Assembly: GCA_027604505.1 (NCBI GenBank)
Contig: JADIIX010000178.1
Location: 1 to 38,055 of the forward strand
DNA length: 38,055 bases
Source of the DNA: Gonapodya sp. JEL0774
Taxonomy: Eukaryota
Direction: 5' to 3'
The position numbers and the translations under genes were made by a program. Under the pieces are notes generated by a model. The model saw only the letters and a list, made by a program, of their open reading frames with translations. It had not been told where the DNA came from and did no database searches. How positions within the stretch are numbered: the first letter of the stretch is position 1; each line of letters opens with the position of its first letter. Below, one piece after another: positions 12,901 to 22,647 of the stretch.

Positions 12901-14927
12901 TGTCACGAACAAAGATGCCGGGAAAGTGTATCCTGCTGCAAATGTCCCCGTTTCATTATCGTGGATGACAACAGATGCAGAATTGTAGGTGCATATCTTA
13001 ACTGAGCAGTCTGTCTGTGTTGATGGTGACAGACGGCCGACAAGAAATAGATTGGAGTTAAGAGAGAAGTCATGGATCGCTGCAACAAAAACATCTTGGC
13101 CAGTGCGACCAGGAAGAGCTCCCGCAGATATCACAGAACTCCATTGATTGACTATAGCCGAGGTGGTGTGAGCATAAACTAGGAAACCGTTCCCGACGGT
13201 TCCAGCTGCGCCATAAGCGAGGAACACATAGCCGTGGTCACTGTAGCAATTGGATTGTCCGAACAGAGACGAGTTTCGGACGCCTGTGGAGGGCTGGCTG
13301 TCAATAGACGATACCCCCGTTGTGACGCGCAGAATTTCGGAATCCACGATTGAAGTGCGCTCAGCCGAAAAGCGGGAGCTCCGGAAGAGCCCGTAGCTGG
13401 TGAGGAAAAACATGTATCCGTCCACGAGGACCACGTCCATCACATAGAGCTCCGCACACTGAGAAGCCGAGAGTCCCGCGCACAAGCTACCGGTTGAGCT
13501 TTTCCCCTTTGAGTTCCGAGTCAGGTCAAGAAGCCGACTATCAGAACCGTATCCAACAGACGTGGACACTAACAGTGCTCCTAAGCCGTTCCTCGAAGGT
13601 GCATCGTAGCCGAGAAGTATAACACCGTGCCGATAGGCACAAGTATCTTTACGTAGCTTGATATAAGTCTGGCTAAACCCATTTGTTTTGAGCGCGAGTC
13701 CCGACAGACCATTTGCCTAAGACCGTGATATGGTGTGACGACGCTGACAGGACGGACAGGAGCAGCAAATTGACCCATTCACCTCGCTGTTGCGCATATT
13801 CCAACCAATTCTTACAGAATTTAGTGTTGGCATTGTGATGTCGAACGTGCGAGGAGCGATTGAACACGAGAGAAGGAAGGAGGAGTCTGACAACACTTCC
13901 GCGAAGTACGGAGAACTCGACACAAATCGGTCCCCTGGAAGGAACAATGACCAAAAGCCATCCTTGTCCTTTCACGCATGTCGCGTTAATGTTATTCAGT
14001 GCTCAAGCTGAAACTCAATACTCACCAATCCCCCACGAAACTCCTCGTGCCAGAAATGCGTTGTGTTTCTCAGTATCAGCTGTGGGGACTCTCCCAAGCT
14101 TTCAAATGCTTTAGAAAGCACCGCGGAAAGTGGTCGAGAGCTCGGGTCAATCGGGTCCAGCACCGAGACGGAAAGTTTGACCATGCCACCGCCGTACACT
14201 TTGTCGAAGAGAGGCGTGGAGGCATCAGTGGGGCTCCAGTCAACTTTTAGGTCGAATTGATAGCAATCTTTTGAAATAAAGAAGAGAAGGTAGTCCGGCC
14301 ATGTCTTGTTGCTGCTCGGTAATCATAGTTGATCTGCACTTTCACCTACCTCCCAGAGGAAACACGTCGACCTCCACAACCGCAACGGGATTTGCCAGAT
14401 TACTCCCACTTAGCGATCCAATCCACCCCTTTGCAGCCACCCCCGGGACCACGAAGTTGTCGACCGCCGTAAATGCCCTGTCCGATATCGTTAAGTTGAC
14501 CCGCTTTCGCCCTGGTGTCCGGTAGACGTACGTGACAATAGGCGGGAATGTGGAAGAGGAGAGGTAGAATGCTGGTTGGCCAGTGGTGTCGACCTCGCCG
14601 AATTGGAGGAGAAACTGGTAGGTTGTGCCTGGGTTAGGAAGGGTGGTTCCACGAGTGTCGAAAGTGACCACTGGGTTCCAGGCATATCATAGCGTGTAAG
14701 AACATGAGCAAAAAAATAGACACGATCAGATTTGAAGGTGAAAAGGGTCGAGCTTTTGGTGATAAACGGTCGGGCGTTGTACCCTCGTTGCTCGAACCTT
14801 GTCCCGCTCTGATCCGGTCGTAATTGGAGGAGGCGGCGAATCGAGGAATTGGATAGTTTGGCCATGATCCGGCAGGAATGAATAAAATGCCGGCGACAAT
14901 CAGAAATGTGGAGAGAAGAGTGATCAT
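9942..14927 (-). CDS. CATSPERB: CatSper channel auxiliary subunit beta homolog (multi-exon; signal peptide, large extracellular region, single C-terminal TM)
   Basis: Spliced product contains blocks I recognise from animal CatSper-beta: DVVLVDGYMFFLTSYGLFRS; VYVFGSELWKSIDGGRYF; SDIGRTIVI; ETLPFNYRPPSKEGQMIPTTNNIYNAAP; TGAFKQCANATSRAECNCTDAQRYSEFVADSDCIDKV; GSELYHFRV...YCILETEFKVYV; then a TM (ATAAVLFLVWLFVTYMW). Hydrophobic N-terminus MITLLSTFLIVAGILFIPAGS at 14927. First-exon boundary uncertain. Confidence 0.9.
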
Positions 14928-15240
14928 ATAGGTTTGTTTCCCTAATAGAAACGACCACGTAGACTATGGTCCTCACACCTCACACGAAAACCAGAACAAA
15001 GCAGGGGCTTTGTGCTTTCATTCATTGGGTAGGCAATTCAAAAATTAATAAGTTGTCTGATCAAAGAAAAAGAGTAAAACACTGTTACAAGAATTAGAGT
15101 TCTAATGTTACAAGCAATTTTGGGAAAGTACGATCAGCAGAAGTGTAAACCAGACAGAGTTGGTGCCATAATGTCCCTACACATGATGGAATGTTCTTTC
15201 CGAGTCGGGGTATTAAGGAGAACACGTGTGTCCGACGAGT

Positions 15241-16501
15241 TCAGGTCCCTATGCCGACAACCTGTAAAACACCGTTTGTCGCCGCGCACAGTGTAGTTCG
15301 CATCTCCTCCCGCATGTCTCCCTCTTCCGGCATAGCTCCACCCACGAGTGTGCATTCGAGGAGAGCTGGAGAGGTCGAGCATGTCTCCGGAGGTGAGGGA
15401 TAAAACGGCAACGAGAAGTGGCCGGCACTTGGAGCACGACACGATGTCGCGGATGAGTTTAGTGAGATAGAGGTCGGGGACCTGATGGAGATGGTTGGGG
15501 ACGGCGTGGGAAGGTGAGACGGTCGGTCGGTGGAGCACGGCTCAGTAGTATTGGGGAGGGTGAGGGATCGTGGTACAGCGTGGATCGAGGTCCACGATGT
15601 GGCACCATGAGGTGGTGAAACGCGAGTGAGCATGGGGGTTGGCAAAAATAGAGACGGTGGTCGCGGGAGAGAAAGATTGTAATCGATGATTTCGAGAAAC
15701 TCGAACTCCATACTGATGGAAGGAGATTGGCGAGACGAGAGAACAAAGAAAGAAGGAGACGGGGGTGGGTTCGAGATGAGAGATGTTGAATTGGCGCAAC
15801 GAGAAGGTTGCAGTCCCTCTTCCTAAGTGACCATCCGCCAAATCCCTCTCAGGATCCCTCCTCGATTTCATAACCGTGGGAAGGCAGACAAGCGGGCTTC
15901 ATTGACTCACCGATTCACGTCCCTTTCCGAGTTTCCGGTTGCAGCGGCCCACCAGCGGTTAGAAATGGGTGCGTCATTCATGTATTTGTTGGCGAGTGCT
16001 ATGGCAGACATAAAGAGACGGCAGGTTGCGGTTGGTGTGCCTGACACGCGGCCGGCGTGTGACGCAGGGTCGCTTGTCATGGAGGCTTTCGCCGCGCGTG
16101 AAAGGGCGGCTTGGAGACGTCTCAAGTAGAGAGATGCGGCACCGAGAGTTTGAATTGAGATGTTTGCGACACCGCAAAGGGAGGAAATAAACTGTTTACG
16201 TGTAAGCGTTGCACGTCAAAGGCCCACCACAGTGGGATGCGTTACTCACTGTGACTAAATCCATACACTTGCAGGGTTGTTGAGAATTGTCGCTGCTAAG
16301 TGGATGCCTTTGACACACCTCGCACTCGACTGTTGCGCGCAGAATTGCAGCAACTTTGGAGACTGCGCGTTCGCGGCGGTCAGTCTCCGAGTTTTGTGAA
16401 AGAACGCGAGGACGTTCTAGATGTTGAGGCAAGCTTGAGCGCCACCGTTTTGCAACGTGTGCTGACCGTTTTGAGCGGCGATTGGAGTGACGAGTCCTCA
16501 T
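15241..16501 (-). CDS. Pho80/Pcl-family (Pho85-type) cyclin
   Basis: Exons 16501-16250, 16191-15911 and 15712-15241 join to give DLVTFISSLCGVANISIQTLGAASLYLRRL...RLFMSAIALANKYMNDAPISNRWWAAATGNSERDVNRMEFEFLEIIDYNL, matching the Pcl cyclin-box pattern (K-Y-x-x-D...N-x-x-W...E-x-x-F-L-x-x-x-D-Y). Confidence 0.88.
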
Positions 16502-17056
16502 CCGTTGGCGATGCAGGTATGGGAAGTGGCTGAGGTGTCGGGAGGAATAAGCCGACAGAAGACAAGAAAAGAGCGCTAGTTTGTGTAAGAGCGACGCAGA
16601 AGAACAACGTGGTGTTTGTTGGTTGAGGTCTGACGGCCTCTTTGGGCTCTCATCCCCCTCCTCTCGTTGGTCCCCCGTGCATGGGATTGGGACCGTGACT
16701 CACTGTTGAAAAAAAGCGCCACCTGATGATACACCGATTATTAGGACGCAGCCTTTGGGTAAACATATAAATATAGATGATAATTTATTGATTCGCTCAC
16801 GTAATATGAGTTAGCGTTAATGGAGGATCTGTGCATTTGAGTCTTTGATCTCAGTCCGGCTTCTTATTTCCTCTCACATTCTCTGACTTGCCCCCAGCCA
16901 TTCCTGTTTTTCATACTGAAAAGTTTACTGGACATTATGATAGGCATGAAAAGAATGAAAGGATGATGATGATTCGCAGAAAGATTATCCCCTCCTTCAA
17001 GATTCTCCCTCCTTACATTTTGTGGGATGCAGCATCCCACAAAATGTGAGTTCCAA

Positions 17057-19246
17057 CTACGCTGCAGCCACACCCGTTTCCTCCGCGAACACCGGGTCAC
17101 CCTCCACGCCGAGCGCATCGCCCAACTCCTTGACGCTGAGCGTCTGGAAAAATCCAAGCTTCTCCTTGTCGATGACGAGATCCGGATCGACCGCCCACGT
17201 CACGTTCATGTGGCCGGCGTACGAAAATGCCGTGATGTACCTGAAGCGAGAACAGCGGTTGCAGGTAAATGTATGAGAGGGGCACCAGCCATGACAAACT
17301 CACGAAATTGGCACTGAGAGGATAAAGTTCATGTCGTCAACGATTTTGCTACCAAATGATACCTTCTTTTCAAATCCGGGCACTTGCACAATGATATCAA
17401 TGTTCATACGTCAGCAGTATGAAGCAAATCGCTCCTTTCTCTTCCTCATCAGCTCACCATTGCTCCACGCCAAAGTGTGCGCCGTCGTCGCTCGAATACT
17501 GATATAGCGCATCGCGTCGAATCCCAGCAGATCGATGCTTCGTAGTTGCACCTGTCGCATATACCAAGCTTGATCTAACCAACCCATTTCGTGAAATATT
17601 TAATTTCTGATGCATCCGGGACTACGGATACTCTACTCACTCTCGAACTTGATAGCATCCATAACCTTTTTCGATTGCACCACCCTCTCGATGGGATCCT
17701 CCACTCCCACTGGCATCCTCCCAGTCACCATCGACCAAAAGTTGTGCAACATGTCATCAGGAGAAAGTCTTGGGTCTCGGGGGAACATCAGAGGCATAAA
17801 GAGCCGAAGGCGCAGTTTCTGTCTCTGCGCAGCATCCATGTAGGAGGGATCGTGGCGGTAGAGAAGGTAGCGGCGGATTGTGCTGGTGAAGACGGAAAAG
17901 AGGAGGCTGTGTGTGGTTGAAAAACAGTTAAAAGGAAGCAGCGGGAGCAGAGTCGGATCGGGCCCAAAAATATACAGGACGTAGTTCTCACTCGTTCAAA
18001 GTAATTTTATAGCCCTTGGCCTCCAAAAACGCGGTGCGGATCTTTTGCAAGTATTCGATGGAAATGGGTGGTGCGATGACAAACGCGCGTGGGAAGTGAT
18101 GCACGTAGGTGGGGTAGGTCTGAGGCGCGAGAACGAGGCGTGATAATGTTCGAACAGGTGATGAATGCATATGGTGCGTATGCACTCACGCCAGTTTTAA
18201 GAACAGTGCTGGAGTCGCTGAGGAACTGGGTGAGGTAGATAACCTATCAATGAAACGTCCCAAGTTAACCGAAAGTGAAAGTGCTCTTTGACTTTTCCGC
18301 TCATTAAAAAAAAAAAAATCAACAGCGCACCTTTAGACTCGTCCAAAGTCCCTTCAGCGCCATCTTAATTTTGTTGGTGAAAGTCATATGGGGCATTCCA
18401 AACGGTCGCTTGGGAGGAATGAGGAACGGTACTTTGCGTCCTTCAATATCACGAAAAGCTTCGTGCGCAACAATCATCCTGTTTGGTGTTAGAAGAACGG
18501 TGCTTGCTAAAAGAAGGATCTGACAATGGTACTTACAGGGAAACTCCATCTCCAATTGCGTGGTCAATGTACCATATCACCGCGCTTGATCCAGCTCTGT
18601 TATGTACGACGTGGACCTCCCAAAGCGGTTTATCCCGTGCAAGGCGTATGGAGATGCGCTCATTGATGTACTCATTAACCTCGTCACTGGAATTCACCGT
18701 GGTATCGGAGATGTGATTGTTTACATCCACGGCTAGCAAACATAAGAAATCAAATGAAAGGGACCCAGGGTAAACAGAGGTGAGAGGAAGGAGGGCCAAG
18801 TTAGCGACAATGTACGCACTTGTTTCTCCCCAAACAACGTTTCCCGTTCGCGTATCTCTCACTGGAATCGATCGATATCGAAAATGATTCTCCAAGACTG
18901 GCGCTACAGCATTCATAACATCTTCCTTCGATGGTGCACCATTGTGAAACCACATGACTGCCTGAATGCACAATCCGGGAATAGGGTGTGGTAGTTGTCC
19001 TTCGACGAGTGCCGCAGATGGAGTCGACATTGCACGAGCGTGCACCCCTGCTTCAGCGAGAGGTTGAATGCCCTCCAGTCTGTCAGATTCCGGGTTGTAG
19101 AGAAGGGTGTTCTTGCTTCGCAACCAAACAACAGAGAAAACGAGAACGAGGAAGAGAAGTAGGAATATGACCACATTCGATGGTGTCAATATGTCCACAT
19201 TGGATGGTGTCCAGATGCGACTGGTGTTTTCTAATAGATCATCCAT
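17057..19246 (-). CDS. Wax ester synthase/diacylglycerol acyltransferase (WS/DGAT, AtfA/WSD1-type) with N-terminal TM helix
   Basis: Multi-exon. N-terminal TM (VIFLLLFLVLVFSVVWL); LENHFRYRS; LARDKPLWEVHV; active-site IDHAIGDGVSL (HHxxxDG variant); KITLNE; PVGVEDPIERV; WSNVPG; FSYAGHMNV. Stop codon at 17059-17057. Confidence 0.88.
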
Positions 19247-19627
19247 TTCGAAGCTTGTTCAAAGGCTTTGAAGCGAGGGAGGCGACGTGAGCTAGAGAGA
19301 TAGTGACGGATCAAGGTTAGTGGGTGGGAGGGGGAGCAGGAGGGAACGAGAGTGAAGGTGCGTGTGTGGTGTGGGATGAGTCACGATTGGGAGTGTAGGC
19401 CTCGGGGGACATTCTATTGAAAAAATAACCCCAGCCTCCACACTAAGAGGATCAGAGGACTAGAGGATCGCATAGAGAAGGGCGGGAAATGATGTGAATT
19501 AAAATTGGAGTATAGATACAGCTGATGATGCCGATACAAAATTAGAACATGCAGATTCTCAAAAAGTGCATGAGCCTTTCCCCCCCGCTACCCCAAAATC
19601 CATCCCCACCGCGTGCAGTACCTGATC

Positions 19628-19630
<3 letters not shown>

Positions 19631-19675
<45 letters not shown>
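19631..19675. repeat. (TC)n microsatellite, about 22 units
   Basis: Uninterrupted tctc... run lying 13 nt downstream of the zinc-finger gene stop codon. Confidence 0.97.
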
Positions 19676-19677
<2 letters not shown>

Positions 19678-19688
19678 CAACAAAACCT

Positions 19689-22051
19689 TCACGCGCCAGG
19701 ATTCAACCCATGGTAAAATGAGTGGTGGTAAACCGGTGGTACAGTTTCAAACCTATTCTGAAGATTCCCATTGGACAGATGTTGTTGCTGGGCCGGGTTG
19801 GTGTACATGGGGTGTCTTTCCGCCCCGTACGAAGGATCGCTGGGGTAAATCTGCCCTGGCGACCCGTAAGAAGGATTGTTGAGGTACATGTGTCCTGGCG
19901 TTCCATTAGAAGGTTCGTGCCCTTGCGTCGGCCCTGCTGACAAGAAAGAAGAATCGTTGGGGTGCACCTGCCCGTGCGACATGTACGAAGGATCGCTGGG
20001 GTGCATCTGGCCGGGCGACGTGTGTGAAGGACCGTTCGGGTACATCTGCCCAGGTGACATGGTCGAAGGATCGTGGGAAAACATATGCTGGCGTCCAGAA
20101 TAGTGCACTGGTGGCTCGTTTGAGTACATGGGTTGTGAAGGTTGTCCTGGCGAGTAATAGTGAGTTGGATCACTTCCAAAAGGTGGTTGGACGCCTTGAA
20201 GGGGTTGCACCGGCAGGTGCTGACCTTCGTGCATCGACTGCGACTGCGATTGCATGTGAGGCGGAAGAGGAGGAGGAACATAATCGACAAACTGCCAGGG
20301 TAATCGGGGAGGGCCTTTGCGACGAGATTTGTGAGCTCCACCGAGTGAACTCCCGGATCGCGAGCGAGATTGACCAGTAGCTGAATGCTGATTGGAGTGA
20401 CTTCGACCGGATGCCATGGTAACCTCCATCACGTCGCCATTGGGAGCCTGAACATATCCAGCGACAGAGGGAGCGTAACCGGGGGTATAATTATGATCCA
20501 GCGCCATTGGAGAAACCGCCGTGCGACTCGAAGTAGCCACACTCGCCGCTGAGGGAGTTGGGGAAAGACTTCTATCGGTCGTCGGCTTGCTGTCCCCGGT
20601 GAGGAACCCAATGTCCATAACCCCAGATCGGGTTCTAGCCGCAACCTCATGTTGCCCCTCCGAAGCCTCCGATGAGGCTGTTCGAGCTTCGTGAAGACCA
20701 GCGTAGTTAACAGTTGTTTGCATGGGCCACGATGCCCGGCCAGCAGATGACAAGCGTTCGCTGTCTATGTGTGGCCACGAAGATCGCGCACCATACGGGT
20801 TGCTCAAAGAATCCCTTTCGATTCCCGCCAGGAAAGAGCTGATCACTGCGGGTGCATTTTTATGGCGTCGGCTTTTCGAGGATGAATGGTGCGAGTGGTG
20901 GTGGGTTTGGTGTGGTGAGTTGTCGTTTCCTAGAAATATGGCAAACACTCAGGCGCTTCCATCGAGGATTTCCAAGAAAAGAGCTTCGTACCCACCGAGT
21001 ATAGAATCCCTGGGCTTGTCCTTCAAAGTTTCAATAGAATGTCGCCTCGCGTGAACCCCAAAGTCGGAACTTGCAGGAGTTGTCCCCTTGTCATTCCAAG
21101 GTCTCTCCCTCTCACCAGCGACATTCCCCTCCGGAAACACCCCCACATCCACGCATCCGCTATCACGAGTCTGATGACCAGGCGCCCCGTGTTTATTTGG
21201 TGTTTCCACGGAACACTCGCTCGCCGTGTCGCTTCCGGCATCTGAGTCAGAATCGTCCTGATCATACATCCCAATATGGGTGTCATCTCGCCAGCCATGA
21301 GCTTCGTGAACTTCTATGGGGTTTGGGTAGTTTCCGAATCCCGTGACGTTGCCATGATGCACTCCTGCATCATTTACGTACATCAGGTGAGCAGCGGACA
21401 TCCCTTGGAGCAGTTTACCGTCAGGGATACGAATGGCGCCATTACTGAGCTCTATTGCTCGTAGCCGTTTCTCGTGGCTTCGTTCGTGTCTCTATTGATG
21501 GGAGGAAGCCGGGGCCAACGATACGTGAGTGGCGGAAGTGGAGGGGCCGATTGAAGACCTCGACCCTACCAAGAGGCCATCCTTCCGAGAAAAAGTTTTT
21601 CGGCAGAAACTATAGGAGCAGGTATAGCCACGCTCGCCCGTGTGAATTGTTTCGTGTCTGAAACAAATGATTGAGGGCGGATTGAGAAGGGGAGGCAATA
21701 GGGGGGGGTGAGCGAGAAGCAAAGGAGGCGTGGCGGAGAGGCAAAAGATGACAGACCTTGTCAAGTGCTCGAACCGCTTGAAGGCGCGCGAACAACCTGT
21801 GATGGAGTTTGGCAGGGTGCATGTGTGGGGGGGTTTGGGGGATCGGCGGAGCACTTGATGCCCAGCACAGAGGGCGACGGGGGAAGCGCAAACGAACCAG
21901 GACACTGATAGAGCCGTCCACGCCTTGCTGCTTTTTTCTTGTCACCGATTTCCTCCGACTGCTCCAGCATCGCTCTGCGCGTGACCGGGTGACCTGCTGG
22001 AGAGGAGGGTATTTTTCTGGCCCACACTTGGGGTCGTCGCCTCCCTTGCAT
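19689..22051 (-). CDS. C2H2 zinc-finger transcription factor (two fingers, Adr1/CreA/Mig1-like pattern) with long low-complexity C-terminus
   Basis: Splicing gives LYQCPGCSRAFKRFEHLTRHETIH-TGER-GYTCSYSFCRKTFSRKDGLLRHERSH. The frame continues through ORF 20949-21401 and, across an intron (gtgggt...ttctag, about 20993-20931), into ORF 19689-20948. Start could be 22051, 21970 or an upstream exon. Confidence 0.85.
19815..20075 (-). repeat. Coding tandem repeat, 39-bp / 13-aa unit, about 7 degenerate copies
   Basis: DPSTMSPGQMYPN / GPSHTSPGQMHPS / DPSYMSHGQVHPN / DSSFLSAGPTQGH / EPSNGTPGHMYLN / NPSYGSPGQIYPS / DPSYG. The sequence gtacgaaggatcgctggggt recurs at 19827 and 19983 (4 x 39 nt apart). 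Confidence 0.85.
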
Positions 22052-22647
22052 GCGGGGGCACGAACAAAGGGTTGTGAACCCGCTTGCACTTTTTCGCTTA
22101 TTTGCTTGAACATATTAAAAATTCCTTCGATGGATGCAAATGCCTCGATCTGGCTCGTACCCAATATCTTTGTTGACCCCATCTTCTCTTTCATTCCAAC
22201 AGAACGTTTGTGTAGGTTTCGGACGTCTCCGGGAAAAAACAGAGGCACAAAAATCATCCGGAAATGACAAAACAAAAGAAGTGCGAATGTGCGCTACGGA
22301 TGCAGAGGTGGTCATTTAACTTGGATGTGTTTTCGTATATGTATTTGCAGACTTCTCTCCTCTACTCTTCACCCCTCCCACCCCCACCCCCCACACCCCC
22401 CCTTTCACCCCCCTCCCCCACCATGATCCCAACACTCCACCCGCTAAGCGTAGCAATGGCAAATTATCTTTCTACGCAAAAAAGAACTTTCCAGGTCCCT
22501 TTTTGTTTGAGTGGAAGCGGTCCGTAATCACGTAAATATTGCCACGGCCCGCCATTTCCTTTAATGAAACTGTTTTGGTACACATACTATACCGAGACTA
22601 ATATTGAGTTTTGTATTGATAAGAAAAGATTGGAGGGAAGAACTAAA

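Noticed and set aside
20931..20993. In-frame TGA between ORFs 20949-21401 and 19689-20948 suggesting readthrough or selenocysteine
   Set aside because: The stop lies inside a canonical phase-1 intron (gtgggt...ttctag).
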